A stretch of 64,000 nt of DNA, from positions 2,368,001 through 2,432,000 of the forward strand of contig OZ253496.1 in NCBI GenBank assembly GCA_965262115.1, given 5' to 3'. Within the stretch, counting starts at the first letter, position 1, and each line of letters opens with the position of its first letter. The position numbers were made by a program, and so were the translations under genes. This document shows, in pieces, positions 47,618-59,108 of this stretch. The stretch comes from Nitrospinales bacterium. GTDB taxonomy: Bacteria > Nitrospinota > Nitrospinia > Nitrospinales > VA-1. Under the pieces are notes generated by a model that worked only from the letters and a program-made list of their open reading frames with translations, was not told the origin of the DNA and did not search any database.

Positions 47618-48382
47618 TTAGAGGGCGATCCGCATTCCATCCAGAGCCAGTTCTACTCCCTCAGGAAGGTCCCGGGATACTTTTTCGTGGTCGTAGTGAT
47701 GGTTGATGTGGGTCAGGATGGTTCTTTCCGGTTTAAGGTCTTTGACGGCTTCCAGAGCCTGGCTGAGGTTGAAATGGGTCGGGTGCGGTTTGAATCCGAG
47801 AGCATTCAGGATCAGAATCTTCAATCCTTTTAACTTTTCCCGCGTGCTGTCTGGGATGCCGCTACAGTCAGTGATGTAGGCGCAGTCCTTAAAGCGGAAC
47901 CCATTGATGATCAGCTTGCCGTGCTGAATGTCGAGAGGAGTGACGGGGATGCCGCCGAAGCTATAGGTTTTATCTTCCAACAGTGTAGGGATCAATTGCG
48001 GAATGCCGCCCCCGATTTGCTCGGTCTCTCCAAAAATATAGCTGAAATTTTTATTCAGGTGGTGCAATGTTTGTGTGTTGCCATAAACGGGAAATGCGGT
48101 TTTGTTGAAGAAGTTGAAGCTGCGGAGTTCATCGATTCCGTGAACATGGTCGGCGTGGTGATGGGTGTAAATAACAGTATTTATTTCCCGGATTCCGTAG
48201 AGCAGGCACTGTTGCCTGAGATCGGTAGTGGTATCGACTAGAATGGTATGGCCGTTTTGCCGCACCAGAATCGACGAGCGCAAGCGCTTGTTCCTCGGGT
48301 CCTTTGACAGGCAGACCTCGCAGTCGCAACACAGGGAAGGAACCCCCGTCGAGGTCCCGGTTCCTAAAAAAAGTATTTCCAT
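47618..48382 (-). CDS. MBL-fold phosphodiesterase (PhnP/YcfH-adjacent type)
   Basis: LGTGTSTGVP..CDC.VC, THHHADHVHGID, HPTH, THINH. Confidence 0.88.
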   Translation of the reverse strand: MEILFLGTGTSTGVPSLCCDCEVCLSKDPRNKRLRSSILVRQNGHTILVDTTTDLRQQCLLYGIREINTVIYTHHHADHVHGIDELRSFNFFNKTAFPVYGNTQTLHHLNKNFSYIFGETEQIGGGIPQLIPTLLEDKTYSFGGIPVTPLDIQHGKLIINGFRFKDCAYITDCSGIPDSTREKLKGLKILILNALGFKPHPTHFNLSQALEAVKDLKPERTILTHINHHYDHEKVSRDLPEGVELALDGMRIAL

Positions 48383-48679
48383 AAAAATATTCCAGCCAGC
48401 GTGACGCTGGACTCATTAGCAATGTCTTTACTGTGTGAACAAGCGTTATCTTGGCCCAAAGAGTCGCTGCTAGTTGCCGCCACGGCTAGTGGGTGGAGTG
48501 AGGCACCTAAAGTATTGTAAGCAGGGTGTTCCGGTGTGTCAAGGCAGAGAGGGGGATGAGGGGGATTAAAACCACCCTACAGGCTCGATAAAAGTTGTTG
48601 ATGGCAATTGAATGACCTGTGGAGATTATGATAGAGTAACCCGTCCATTAAACACTGATTCTATTTAGAGGAGCTATAT

Positions 48680-49267
48680 ATGTCAGCATTAGTTGCTAAA
48701 CCTGCCCCGGCTTTCACTGCTCAGGCTGTGATGCCTGATGGCAGTTTTAAGGAAATCAAACTTTCCGACTATAAGGGGAAATATGTCATTCTGTTTTTCT
48801 ATCCGTTGGACTTCACCTTTGTTTGCCCGACCGAGATCATCGCTTTCAGCACCAGTATGGATGAGTTCAAGAAACGCAATACCGAAGTGCTGGGGGTTTC
48901 CATCGACAGCCATTTCTCGCATTTGGCCTGGAGAAATACCGATCGTAAAAAGGGCGGACTCGGTGATATCGCTTATCCACTCGTTGCCGATGTGAACAAG
49001 AAAATCACCTACGATTACGGGGTCATGCATGAGGCGGGGATCGCTTTCCGTGGACTGTTCCTGATCGACAAGGAAGGTGTAGTTCAGCATCAGCTCATCA
49101 ACAATCTGCCTTTGGGAAGAAATATAGACGAAGCTTTGAGGATGGTCGATGCTTTGCAGTTCCACGAGAACAATGGCGAAGTGTGCCCGGCGAACTGGAA
49201 AGAAGGCGATGATGGTATGAAGCCGGATCCTAAAGGATCGCAAGATTATTTCGGCAAACATAACTAA
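48680..49267 (+). CDS. ahpC: 2-Cys peroxiredoxin (AhpC/Tsa)
   Basis: [21 protein letters not shown]. Confidence 0.93.
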   Translation: MSALVAKPAPAFTAQAVMPDGSFKEIKLSDYKGKYVILFFYPLDFTFVCPTEIIAFSTSMDEFKKRNTEVLGVSIDSHFSHLAWRNTDRKKGGLGDIAYPLVADVNKKITYDYGVMHEAGIAFRGLFLIDKEGVVQHQLINNLPLGRNIDEALRMVDALQFHENNGEVCPANWKEGDDGMKPDPKGSQDYFGKHN

Positions 49268-49427
49268 ACACTAGCCGCCGGGCAACGCCTGGAGGAAATT
49301 GAGTAATGGCTTGTGAAGCTGAGACAGCTTTTTTCTCTAAATAAAGTGCCGTAAAATTTAGGGGCGTTTCCAATAGGAAACGCCCTTTTTTCCGAAATAT
49401 GCTTAAAACTGATTGGACTCGCCCTTT

Positions 49428-50177
49428 ATGATCGTGCTTTGTAATGATGATGGATTTAACGCCGATGGCTTGAGAACTCTGTACCGGGAACTCAGCCAGG
49501 AGGATGATGTGATCATTGTTGCTCCAGAAACGGAGCAAAGCGCCATGGGCCACGCCATCACCCTGACCCAGCCGCTCAAGGTGCGGAAGGTGGAGGAGGA
49601 AGGTCGGCTCATCGGTTACGCTGTCAATGGAACCCCGGCGGACTGCGTCAAGCTGGCCATCGTCGTGTTGCTGGATGAACCGCCCCGGATAGTGGTTTCG
49701 GGGATCAATCTTGGCGGGAATCTTGGCATTTGTACGCTTTATTCTGGAACCGTTTCCGCCGCGACCGAAGCGATGATTATGGGGGTTCCCAGTATCGCAG
49801 TTTCTTTGGATACCTATGAGAAGCCGGATTTTAATCCCGCCGCAAAGTTCACCCGCAAGTTGATCAAAAAAGTCTTGGAAAAAGGATTGCCCGAGGGCGT
49901 TGTCCTGAACGTCAATATTCCTCCTGTCCCTGAATATGAAATTGCCGGGGTGGCCATCACCCGTCAAGGCAAGTCACGGGTGGTTGAGTCGTTTGATCAA
50001 CGGGTGGACCCGAGAAACAATACCTATTATTGGATGGCGGGTGAGATGCGGTTCGATGAAGTCGAAGAAGGGGCCGACTGCGTGATGGTGGGCAAAAACT
50101 ATATTTCGGTGACGCCGATCCATTTCGACCTCACCCATCACCCATCCATCGATGTGATCAAAGACTGGGATCTTTGA
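49428..50177 (+). CDS. surE: 5'/3'-nucleotidase SurE
   Basis: NDDG, GTPADCV, SGINLGGN, YSGTVSAA. Confidence 0.93.
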   Translation: MIVLCNDDGFNADGLRTLYRELSQEDDVIIVAPETEQSAMGHAITLTQPLKVRKVEEEGRLIGYAVNGTPADCVKLAIVVLLDEPPRIVVSGINLGGNLGICTLYSGTVSAATEAMIMGVPSIAVSLDTYEKPDFNPAAKFTRKLIKKVLEKGLPEGVVLNVNIPPVPEYEIAGVAITRQGKSRVVESFDQRVDPRNNTYYWMAGEMRFDEVEEGADCVMVGKNYISVTPIHFDLTHHPSIDVIKDWDL

Positions 50178-50192
50178 TATTAGAGAAATAAA

Positions 50193-50227
50193 AAAAACGG
50201 GATGGGCATAAAGCCCGTCCCGTTTTT
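50193..50227. terminator. Bidirectional terminator between surE and pnp
   Basis: AAAACGGGATGGGC/GCCCGTCCCGTTTT. Confidence 0.75.
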
Positions 50228-50243
50228 ATTTTAAGCGATTGAA

Positions 50244-52337
50244 TCAGGTTGTAGGAACTGCTTCGCGCAGGGCTTCCTTACGGCTGAGTTTGACCTTGCC
50301 TTGTTGGTCCACATCAATGACCTTGACTCTGATTTCGTCACCTTCCTGAATCTCGTCACTGACATTTTTGATGCGGCGGTCACACACTTGCGAGATATGT
50401 ACCAGGCCATCGGTGCCGGGGAAGATTTCCACGAAGGCTCCGAAGTCGACGATCTTTTTGACCTTGCCGAGATAGATTTTCCCGACCTCGACTTCCTGGA
50501 CCAGGTTTTCCACATACTCGATGGCCTTCCTGGCAGCTGCCTCATCGGCGGAGGCTATTGAAACCACCCCGTCATCGTTGATGTCTATGGTGACACCGGT
50601 TTTATCAATGATATCGCGTATGACTTTGCCGCCCGGTCCAATAACGTCGCGAATTTTATCTTTCGGAACCATAATCTGGACGATTCTCGGAGCGTATTTG
50701 GACAGTTCATCTCTTGGGCTTTGCAGAGCTTTATCCATTTCACCGAGGATATGCATTCTCCCGGTTTTTGCTTGCTCGAGGGCTTTGCCCATGAGCTCAC
50801 GGTCCAGGCCTGCAATTTTGATGTCCATTTGCAGGGCGGTGATGCCGTTGCGGGTTCCCGCCACTTTAAAGTCCATGTCACCGAGATGATCTTCGGAGCC
50901 GAGAATGTCGGAAAGAATCGCCACCCGGTCGCCATCCTTAATCAGTCCCATAGCGATGCCTGCAACAGGAGCTTTGATGGGAACACCTGCATCCATCATT
51001 GAGAGCGAACCGCCGCACACTGAAGCCATGGAGGAGGAACCGTTGGACTCAAGAATTTCGGAAACTATCCGGATGGTGTAAGGGAATTTTTCCCTACTCG
51101 GCAGGATGGGGATGAGAGCTCGTTCGGCGAGCATGCCGTGGCCTATCTCGCGCCGTCCTGGGCCGCCAATAAACTTGACCTCACCGGTACAGAATGCCGG
51201 GAAATTGTAGTGCAGGAGAAAAGACTTGGTGCCCTTAAATTCCAAACTGTCCATCCGTTGTTCATCCACCGAAGTCCCCATGGTGGCGGTGACAAGAGCC
51301 TGGGTTTCGCCACGGGTGAAAACAGCGGAACCGTGCACGCGCGGCAAGTAACCGACCATGATGCTGATAGGGCGGACATCGACCAGGCCTCTACCATCTA
51401 CCCGATACTGTTTGTCGAGAACAAGGTTGCGCACAACGTCTTTTTCCAGGTCATGGAAAATATCTTTAACCTCACCTTTTCTCTCTTCCTGCTCTTCAGG
51501 GCTTAATGCTTCGGTGAGTTCGTCTTTGATTTTCTTGATGGCATCGCTGCGCTCATGTTTTCCAGCGATTTGCATCGCATCATTCAGACTGGACGCAGCC
51601 TGTGTGTGAATTTTGCTTTTCAGTGCTTCATCCACTTTTGGCGCTTCTACCACAAGTTTTTCCTTGCCGAGCAGTTCGCGGAGCTTGATCTGAATTTCGA
51701 TCACTTTTTTAATTCTTTCGTGACCGAACTCAAGAACCGTCATCATATCTTCTTCGCTCACTTCTTTGGCGCCGGCTTCAACCATTACGATTCCGTCGGA
51801 TGTTCCCGCCATTATCAGGTTCAGGTCACTGTTCGCCGTGTCGTCGTAAGTGGGATTGAAAATCAGCTTGCCCTCCACCCGGGAAATGCGAGCCCCGGCA
51901 ACGGGGGTCTCAAACGGAATGTCAGAGATCATCAACGCGGCGGAAGCACCGGTGATGGCATTGACATCCGGGGGATTGACCTGGTCATGCGAGACAACCA
52001 GTCCGACAACCTGAGTTTCGTTTTTGAATGCTTTTGGGAACAACGGCCTGATAGGCCTGTCGATCAACCGGCAGATCAGGGTTTCGATTTCTCCGGGGCG
52101 GGCTTCCCGCTTAAAAAAACTGCCAGGAATTTTTCCGGCAGCATAGGTTTTTTCCCGATAGTCTACAGTCAGGGGAAAGAAATCGATTCCTTCCCGAGGC
52201 TCTTTAGCCATGGTGGCGGTCACCAGCACCATGGTGTCACCTTGCCGGACAACGACTGCGCCACCGGCTTGCCGGGCTAGATCGCCGGCTTCCAATGAAA
52301 TTACTTTTCCATCTATGTCTACTTCAACTTTTTCCAT
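50244..52337 (-). CDS. pnp: Polyribonucleotide nucleotidyltransferase
   Basis: FFPLTVDYRE, RREIGHG, SNGSSSMAS, GDMDFKVAG, KH and S1 domains. Confidence 0.97.
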   Translation of the reverse strand: MEKVEVDIDGKVISLEAGDLARQAGGAVVVRQGDTMVLVTATMAKEPREGIDFFPLTVDYREKTYAAGKIPGSFFKREARPGEIETLICRLIDRPIRPLFPKAFKNETQVVGLVVSHDQVNPPDVNAITGASAALMISDIPFETPVAGARISRVEGKLIFNPTYDDTANSDLNLIMAGTSDGIVMVEAGAKEVSEEDMMTVLEFGHERIKKVIEIQIKLRELLGKEKLVVEAPKVDEALKSKIHTQAASSLNDAMQIAGKHERSDAIKKIKDELTEALSPEEQEERKGEVKDIFHDLEKDVVRNLVLDKQYRVDGRGLVDVRPISIMVGYLPRVHGSAVFTRGETQALVTATMGTSVDEQRMDSLEFKGTKSFLLHYNFPAFCTGEVKFIGGPGRREIGHGMLAERALIPILPSREKFPYTIRIVSEILESNGSSSMASVCGGSLSMMDAGVPIKAPVAGIAMGLIKDGDRVAILSDILGSEDHLGDMDFKVAGTRNGITALQMDIKIAGLDRELMGKALEQAKTGRMHILGEMDKALQSPRDELSKYAPRIVQIMVPKDKIRDVIGPGGKVIRDIIDKTGVTIDINDDGVVSIASADEAAARKAIEYVENLVQEVEVGKIYLGKVKKIVDFGAFVEIFPGTDGLVHISQVCDRRIKNVSDEIQEGDEIRVKVIDVDQQGKVKLSRKEALREAVPTT

Positions 52338-52391
52338 TAATATATCTCCAGTATCTTTTTGTCCTGAGAATTCAGGATAGGTTGGGCGCGA

Positions 52392-52661
52392 TTATCTGCG
52401 TATGCCGAGCTTTGAAATGATGCTCTGGTAACGACCAATATCTTCTTTTTTGAGGTGATCCAATAATTTTCGTCTCTGGCTCACCAGCTTGAGTAATCCG
52501 CGCCGTGAATGGTTGTCTTTGGAATGCGTCTTGAAATGTTCCGTCAAATAGGTAACGCGTTTTGTCAGCAGTGCGATCTGCACTTCTGAAGACCCCGTGT
52601 CTTTTTCATGAAGCTTGTAATCAGTAATAACCGTGGTTTTTTGTTCTGCACTCATTGTCAT
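52392..52661 (-). CDS. rpsO: 30S ribosomal protein S15
   Basis: [26 protein letters not shown]. Confidence 0.97.
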   Translation of the reverse strand: MTMSAEQKTTVITDYKLHEKDTGSSEVQIALLTKRVTYLTEHFKTHSKDNHSRRGLLKLVSQRRKLLDHLKKEDIGRYQSIISKLGIRR

Positions 52662-52792
52662 GATTTTTTCTCCAACTCGTTAAATGCGGGAAACCGATTG
52701 GAAAATGTTTTCGTAGAGACACACCATAATTTTATGCGGTGTCCCTGCGAAAACATTCCAACCTTCCTCCGTCAAATTCCAAATGTTTAGTA

Positions 52793-53734
52793 CTAAATTA
52801 AAACACGTTTTAATTTAAACGCGATATCTTCTGGTGCCAGCCGACTAAACCGGTCCTGATCGACAAGGGGCTCAACGATGGCGAGTACCTTGTCACTGCC
52901 ATTGCAAACCCGCAACATCATCCCTGGTTTGAATTCCCCCGGATAAGCTTTCAGGGAAAATTTAGGCAGGGCATTGCCGTTGGAAATAGGCTCTATGAAA
53001 TCGTCATTGACACGGACCTCAGGAAGAAATTCCAAAGCTTTTTCCACAGGAAAAAGCACTCCGGCCAGGGTTCCGTTGTTGTTTGCGGTTTCCAATGCTT
53101 CGGGAGTGATTGAACAGTTCTGGGCAAACACTCCCACCCGTTTCCGAATCAAGCCGGACATATGCGCACCGCAACCCAAACTTTGCCCAATATCATGGCA
53201 CAGGGTGCGGATGTAAGTTCCCGCAGAACAATGCACTTCAAATTCTACCCGATTTCCATCCATATTAACAAAATCAATGGAATAAAAATGGACTGAGACG
53301 GGCTTCCTTTCGATAGTAATACCATTTCTGGCTAATTTGTAAAGAGGAATTCCCTTGCTTTTCTTTGCCGAGTACATGGGAGGTACCTGTTTTTGCTCCC
53401 CTCGAAAGCTCATGAGCAGGTTCCGGACCTGGGCCTCGGTGACCTTGGAGGGGTCTCCCCCAAAAATAGTCTTGCCGGTAGAGTCCTGAGTGTCCGTGGC
53501 CACTCCCAGGGTCATAGTGCATTGATAATGCTTTGATAAAGGGCTCAGAAACTGAATAATCCGGGTCGATTGGTTCAGGCAGATGGGCAAAATACCCTCC
53601 GCCATGGGGTCCAGGGTGCCTATATGTCCCGCTTTTTTGACGTCCAGAATCCTCTTTACTGCATGGACCATGGAAAACGAAGTAGGGCCAGACGGTTTAT
53701 AGAGGTTGACCACCTGATTCAGAGTGCAGTCCAT
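52793..53734 (-). CDS. truB: tRNA pseudouridine(55) synthase
   Basis: KAGHIGTLDP, QVPPMYSA, CSAGTYIRTL. Confidence 0.95.
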   Translation of the reverse strand: MDCTLNQVVNLYKPSGPTSFSMVHAVKRILDVKKAGHIGTLDPMAEGILPICLNQSTRIIQFLSPLSKHYQCTMTLGVATDTQDSTGKTIFGGDPSKVTEAQVRNLLMSFRGEQKQVPPMYSAKKSKGIPLYKLARNGITIERKPVSVHFYSIDFVNMDGNRVEFEVHCSAGTYIRTLCHDIGQSLGCGAHMSGLIRKRVGVFAQNCSITPEALETANNNGTLAGVLFPVEKALEFLPEVRVNDDFIEPISNGNALPKFSLKAYPGEFKPGMMLRVCNGSDKVLAIVEPLVDQDRFSRLAPEDIAFKLKRVLI

Positions 53735-54059
53735 TGAGTATCCTTGATATCTTTTCAACATGATCGGCATTGTCATCCCGCCGAAATTCCAGTTCAGGAA
53801 GATACCTTAAATAAAGGTTCTTGCCCAACGCATTACGGATGAAGCCTTTTGCATTTATCAGTCCATCCAGGGCATCCATTTTTTCTTGTTCAGAGCCCAT
53901 CACACTGACAAATATTTTAGCGTGTTTGAGATTGTCAGAAACTTCCACCTTGGTGAGGGTGGTAAAGCCTATCCGAGGATCTTTCAATTCATTCTGGACC
54001 AGCTTTGATATTTCTTCAAGTAGTAGTTCCTGAATTCTCTGAGAACGCTTGAATCGCAT
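53697..54059 (-). CDS. rbfA: Ribosome-binding factor A
   Basis: LKDPRI, GFIR, LRYLPELEF; between infB and truB. Confidence 0.93.
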   Translation of the reverse strand: MRFKRSQRIQELLLEEISKLVQNELKDPRIGFTTLTKVEVSDNLKHAKIFVSVMGSEQEKMDALDGLINAKGFIRNALGKNLYLRYLPELEFRRDDNADHVEKISRILNGLHSESGGQPL

Positions 54060-54075
54060 GAAAACACCTGCTGTT

Positions 54076-54381
54076 TTAAAAGTTTCCGGGGCCAAGATGC
54101 ATGGTTTCTGTTTTACAATCGGTGATCTCGGCCAGATTAATTCGGTCTACGGCGTCGACGACCTTGGTCAACAACCACCCATCCATGTATGGGCGGTCAG
54201 ACCCCACAGCGGCGATTCCAATGTGGAGACTTTGCCAATTGTCCTGATCCCCAACTTCCGCGACCGACACATTAAAGTTATTCTTGAGCCGGTCTTTAAT
54301 GGATCTGACGACCTGGCGCTTACCCTTTAAAGATCGGTTTCCGTGCAAATAAAACTTTATGGAGCAACAACCGATAACCAT
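54076..54381 (-). CDS. DUF503 (YlxP-like) protein
   Basis: SLKGKRQVV, FNVSVAEV; typical infB-rbfA position. Confidence 0.85.
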   Translation of the reverse strand: MVIGCCSIKFYLHGNRSLKGKRQVVRSIKDRLKNNFNVSVAEVGDQDNWQSLHIGIAAVGSDRPYMDGWLLTKVVDAVDRINLAEITDCKTETMHLGPGNF

Positions 54382-54404
54382 TTTTTTTTGCGGAAAACCG
54401 CATA

Positions 54405-56723
54405 TCAGTTTGTGATCTCTTCCAGCACAAACGGCTCGACCACATCGCCCTGTTTCACATCTTGGAACTTTTCGATAGAAAGACCGCAATCATAACCTGC
54501 GGCGACTTCTTTTACATCGTCCTTAAACCTTCTGATGGATGCGATCTTGCCCTGGTAGATCACCACATTGTCTCGAATCAGGCGGGCTTCCATATTGCGC
54601 TCTACTTTTCCTGACAGCACATGGCATCCGGCAATGGTGCCGACTTTGGGAATGGTGAACACCTCGCGGATTTCGGCCTTGCCGATAATTCGTTCCTTGT
54701 ATTTTGGTGCTAGCATTCCCTCCAAGGCCAGTTTCATATCATTGATGGCATCGTAAATAATGCTGTAGAGGCGAATATCTACCTGATCCCGGGTGGCCAG
54801 TTTCGTGGCCTGGTCTGTGGGACGTACGTTGAATCCGATAATGATAGCGTTGGACGCGCTGGCCAGCAGAACATCCGACTCGGTGATGCCACCGACGGCA
54901 TCATGAATGCATTTGATGCGGACCTCTTTGTCGCCGAGATTGCCGAAGGCCTCCTGGACCGCATGAATCGAGCCCTGGACGTCTGCCTTGATGATCAGAT
55001 TAAGTTCTTTAATCTGGCCTTCAACAATCTGCTGGTGCAGGTCGTCCATGGTGATGCGTGTGGATTTAGCCAGTTGGATTTCCCGCTGTTCCTGTAGTCT
55101 CAGGTTGCTGAGTTGCCGGGCCTTTTTTTCGTCCCGAACCACCATGAAGTGGTCGCCGGGCTGCGGAACATCCGGTAAACCCACGACTTCTACAGGAGTG
55201 GAAGGAATGGCTTTTTTAATTTTTTTACCCTTGTCGTCGATCAGCGCCCGGACCTTGCCGAAATAGCAACCAACGATGAAAGGTTCTCCAACTTTCAAGG
55301 TGCCGCTTTCAACAACCAGGGTGGCGATGGGTCCGCGTCCTTTATCCAGTTTGGACTCGATCACCACACCTCTACCGCGGAGTGTCGGATTGGCTTTCAG
55401 TTCCATGACTTCCGCTTGCAGGAGCAGATTTTCAAGCAGGTGGTCAATTCCAGTTCCGTTTAAGGCCGAGACTTCGACATAGATGGTTTGTCCACCCCAG
55501 TCCTCAGGCAGAAGGCCCAGGTCGGCCAATTGCTTTTTGACCTCTTCGGGTTTAGCGTCCGGTTTGTCAATTTTGTTGATGGCCACAAGAATCGGAACTC
55601 CCGCCGCCTCGGCATGGTGAATCGCTTCTTTGGTTTGCGGTTTGATTCCGTCATCAGCGGCCACAACCAGAACGACAATGTCTGTCACCTGTGCACCCCG
55701 GGCTCTCATGGCTGTGAAGGCTTCGTGTCCCGGTGTGTCGAGGAAAGTGATAGTCGATCCCTTGATGTGGGCCTGATAGGCGCCAATATGCTGGGTGATT
55801 CCACCTGCTTCCAGTTTGGTCACTTCGGTTTTACGGATGGCATCAAGAAGGGAGGTCTTACCGTGATCGACATGTCCCATGATGGTTACAATCGGAGCTC
55901 GGGTGACATGGTCTTTGCTGTTGTCCTCTTCTTCTTCCGAGAAATCCAGCTCAGATTTTTCAATATGGAGCTCAACCTCGAACCCGAGTTTATCGGCCAC
56001 CTTGCTGGCAAGATCAAAGTTCAGAGTCTGGTTGATATTGGCCAGGACTCCGAAAATCATTAATTCCTTGATGATTTCATTCGGGGTGCATTTCATTTTT
56101 TCTGCCAGTTCGCGTACCGGTATGTTCTCGCCAATTTGAACGACCTCGAAACCTTCTTCTGGAACAACAGGTTCTGGAGGGGGTTTGGGAGCAACAGGTG
56201 GTGCGGTCACTTCAGCGGGTTTTTCTTTCGCTGCCGGGGCTGGTTTTTCTTTTGCTACTGGGGCTGGTTTTTTCTCGACGGGTTTTGGTTTGTCTTCTTT
56301 TTTGACAATTTTAAGGCCGAGTTTTTTCCCTACTTTACTTTCCCGTGTTTCCTTGGTTTTTTCCGCAGTTTTAGCCTTTGCTGTGGTTTTGGCCTTGGTT
56401 TTAGCCTTTAGGGTCTTTTCGTCCTTGTTGCCTGATTTCTTCGCGGCCTTTTTTGCGGCGGTAGATTTAGCCTGGGTTTTTGCGGTTGTAACTTTTACCT
56501 TGGAGGGGACCTTAATTTTAATTTTTGCCTTGGCTTTTTTCACCACCTTTTTGGTGGTGGCGGGTTCAGGCGCAAAGAGATCACGGATGTATTGCGTGGC
56601 TTCTTCATCAATGGAACTCATATGATTTTTTACAGCTACGCTATGTTTTTGCAGGGCCTCAATGATCTGATCATTCTGGATATTGAGTTCCAAGGCCAGC
56701 TTGTTGATGCGAATCTTAGCCAA
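54405..56723 (-). CDS. infB: Translation initiation factor IF-2
   Basis: [30 protein letters not shown] start after AGGAGG. Confidence 0.96.
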   Translation of the reverse strand: MAKIRINKLALELNIQNDQIIEALQKHSVAVKNHMSSIDEEATQYIRDLFAPEPATTKKVVKKAKAKIKIKVPSKVKVTTAKTQAKSTAAKKAAKKSGNKDEKTLKAKTKAKTTAKAKTAEKTKETRESKVGKKLGLKIVKKEDKPKPVEKKPAPVAKEKPAPAAKEKPAEVTAPPVAPKPPPEPVVPEEGFEVVQIGENIPVRELAEKMKCTPNEIIKELMIFGVLANINQTLNFDLASKVADKLGFEVELHIEKSELDFSEEEEDNSKDHVTRAPIVTIMGHVDHGKTSLLDAIRKTEVTKLEAGGITQHIGAYQAHIKGSTITFLDTPGHEAFTAMRARGAQVTDIVVLVVAADDGIKPQTKEAIHHAEAAGVPILVAINKIDKPDAKPEEVKKQLADLGLLPEDWGGQTIYVEVSALNGTGIDHLLENLLLQAEVMELKANPTLRGRGVVIESKLDKGRGPIATLVVESGTLKVGEPFIVGCYFGKVRALIDDKGKKIKKAIPSTPVEVVGLPDVPQPGDHFMVVRDEKKARQLSNLRLQEQREIQLAKSTRITMDDLHQQIVEGQIKELNLIIKADVQGSIHAVQEAFGNLGDKEVRIKCIHDAVGGITESDVLLASASNAIIIGFNVRPTDQATKLATRDQVDIRLYSIIYDAINDMKLALEGMLAPKYKERIIGKAEIREVFTIPKVGTIAGCHVLSGKVERNMEARLIRDNVVIYQGKIASIRRFKDDVKEVAAGYDCGLSIEKFQDVKQGDVVEPFVLEEITN

Positions 56724-56834
56724 ATTTCCTCCTGTTAGACAACACTGCAATTTTCTTAAGACCCGGAGTCGACAAACGGTTCACAGGTTTGGGTAAAATT
56801 TTTCCGTCTTGAAAGAATGAGACGGATTTGAGCT

Positions 56835-58432
56835 TTAAACATTTTCAAGATTCTCCAGACGTCGCTTGACCTGTGCCAGAATGGACTTGCCCATCTCCTC
56901 ATCAATACTTTCCATGGCCATTAACTCCTCCAGTGGAGTGATAGAAAGCTCGGCGATTGTTTCAAATCCGTTATTGCCCAGAGTTTGTAGAACCTCAGGA
57001 GTCAGTCCTGTTAATTCCTGTATGATGACTTCTTCCTCCTCCTCCTCTGCTACGGAGATTTCTTCTTCCTGAACTGGTGTCTCAGGTTCGGGATTTTCTG
57101 TAGCTGCTGGTTCTTCAGCCTCAGGGGCTTTCTTTTTGGCTGCTTTCTGCTCCAGTTTTAACTGCTTCATATATTCTTCAGATAACCGGAACAGGGCTTC
57201 GGCTTTCTTGGGGCCAATGCCTGGCAACCGGGTCAAGCCTTTCACTCCCCGCTTCAGCACCTCTTCGTAGGTAACAAGGTCACCATTGAAGAGGATGGTC
57301 ATCACCTTTTCACCCAAACCTTTGGCGTTTTTCACGTCATCGAGAAAGTCCACCGTGGAGATCTTGGAGGGAGCCAAAAATGGGTGCTGCACACCCAGGT
57401 CCATCGCTTCGGAAGGGCCTTTAATATCCACTTTCCAGCGGACCAGTTTGGCGGCCAGCCGCACGTTCTGGCCTTTTTTTCCTATAGCCAGCGACATCTG
57501 GTCTTCGGCTACGATGATCGTCATTTGTTTTTCATCGGGGTTCATGATGATTCTTGAAACCTTGGCCGGACTCAACGCGTTTTTGATATAGGTTTCCGGG
57601 TCTTCAGAGAATTCAACGATATCTATTTTTTCGCCACGCAGTTCCTGCACGATAGATTGAACTCTCATTCCACGCATTCCGACACAAGCGCCCACTGCGT
57701 CGATTTCCCGGTCGTTGGTTCGCACTGAAATTTTGGTGCGACCGTTGGGCTCGCGAACCACTCCCATGATTTCAACCATTCCCTCGCTGATTTCCGGAAC
57801 TTCCATCTCGAACAAACTCTTGATCAATCCAATATGGGTGCGGGAAAGAATGACCAAAGCGTTCTTAGGCGTTTTCCGGACATCCAGGACATATGCTCGT
57901 ATCCGTTCTCCACGATTGAACTTTCACGGAAAACCTGTTCCCGTCTAGGCAGAATGCCTTCGGCTTTTCCCAGATCAACGATAAGGTCGCCATGTTCCAT
58001 TCTTTGAACCATGCCGTTGATCAACTCACCCTTTTTCTCGATGTATTCAGCGTAGATCAGATCAATTTCCGCTTCGCGTACTTTTTGTACGATCACCTGC
58101 TTGGCGAGTTGAGCGGCAATGCGTCCGTAATTTTCCAGAACCTGCTGAACCAGAACCTGTTCGCCGACATGGACATCGTCAGCAAGCGCCGAAGCGTCCT
58201 TCAGGCTGATTTGCTCCTCTGGCAGATCAACTTCTTCAACCACTGTTTTTTCCAGGTAAACTTCGACTTCCCCAGTGGATTCGTTGAATTCAGTCTGCAA
58301 CTCCTTGATCGACGGGTACCTTTTTCGTGCGGCAACTTCGACCGCAGCCTTCAATGCATCAATCAGGATTTCTTTATCGATACCCTTATCGCGACTGAGT
58401 TGCTCCAGAATACTGAGTATTTCCATGCTCAT
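56835..58432 (-). CDS. nusA: Transcription factor NusA, split by a 1-nt frameshift near 57920
   Basis: GRIAAQLAKQV, then LSRTH, FEMEVPEI, GACVG, AIGKKGQNVRLA; one extra T joins the two ORFs. Confidence 0.92.
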
Positions 58433-58441
58433 GTGCTTGAC

Positions 58442-58903
58442 CTAAATTTCAATGACTAAACTTGCTTTGCCAACCTGGCGCAACGGAATTTCAAAAAGCT
58501 TTCCGTCTACTTCCATAAATACGGTTTGATCCTTAAAATCTGAAAGGATGCCGGTAAATTTTCTTCTGTTGTCAATCGGGGAAAGGCTGTGCAGGCGGAT
58601 TTGCCTTCCCTTGAATTTTAAAAAATCTTTTTCCCGTTTCAGAACCCGATCCAGTCCCGGGGATGAGACTTCCAGGCTATAGGGGGTGGTGATGGTTTCC
58701 TCGACTGCAATGAGATCGCCGGTCAGGTGGCTGATTTTCTGGCAGTCCCCAACCGTGATTCCCCCTTCCTTGTCGATAAATATCCTTAGAACCCAGCTCT
58801 TGCCCTCTTTTTTATATTCAACATCTACCAGTTCCAATCCCTCTGTTATAAGGACCGGTTCGATTAAATCCGTAATCGCTTGCGAAACGGGGACTTTTGC
58901 CAT
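58442..58903 (-). CDS. rimP: Ribosome maturation factor RimP
   Basis: LRIFIDK, YSLEVSSPGLDR. Confidence 0.95.
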   Translation of the reverse strand: MAKVPVSQAITDLIEPVLITEGLELVDVEYKKEGKSWVLRIFIDKEGGITVGDCQKISHLTGDLIAVEETITTPYSLEVSSPGLDRVLKREKDFLKFKGRQIRLHSLSPIDNRRKFTGILSDFKDQTVFMEVDGKLFEIPLRQVGKASLVIEI

Positions 58904-59108
58904 TTAAACCTCTGCCGCCGAGTGGATCCTGTGACTTTTGCCTTCTATATGAAACAGGTGAACCCAGGCCGCTAAAATGGCCTAAAAAAAAATAAAAAAA
59001 GCGGGCTCAAAGCCCACGATGCAGGACCCTAGATGTCATGGGGATTGTACAAGAACTTAATGTCTGATTTCAAGGGAAAACTGGGGAACTCGGGGGCCGA
59101 CCGGTTTT

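Noticed and set aside
57900..57940. nusA split as programmed frameshift or pseudogene
   Set aside because: NusA is normally essential and one missing T in a short run repairs it. Similar single-base indels in short runs hit UDG (3351) and the cupin (10660), so sequencing error is most likely.
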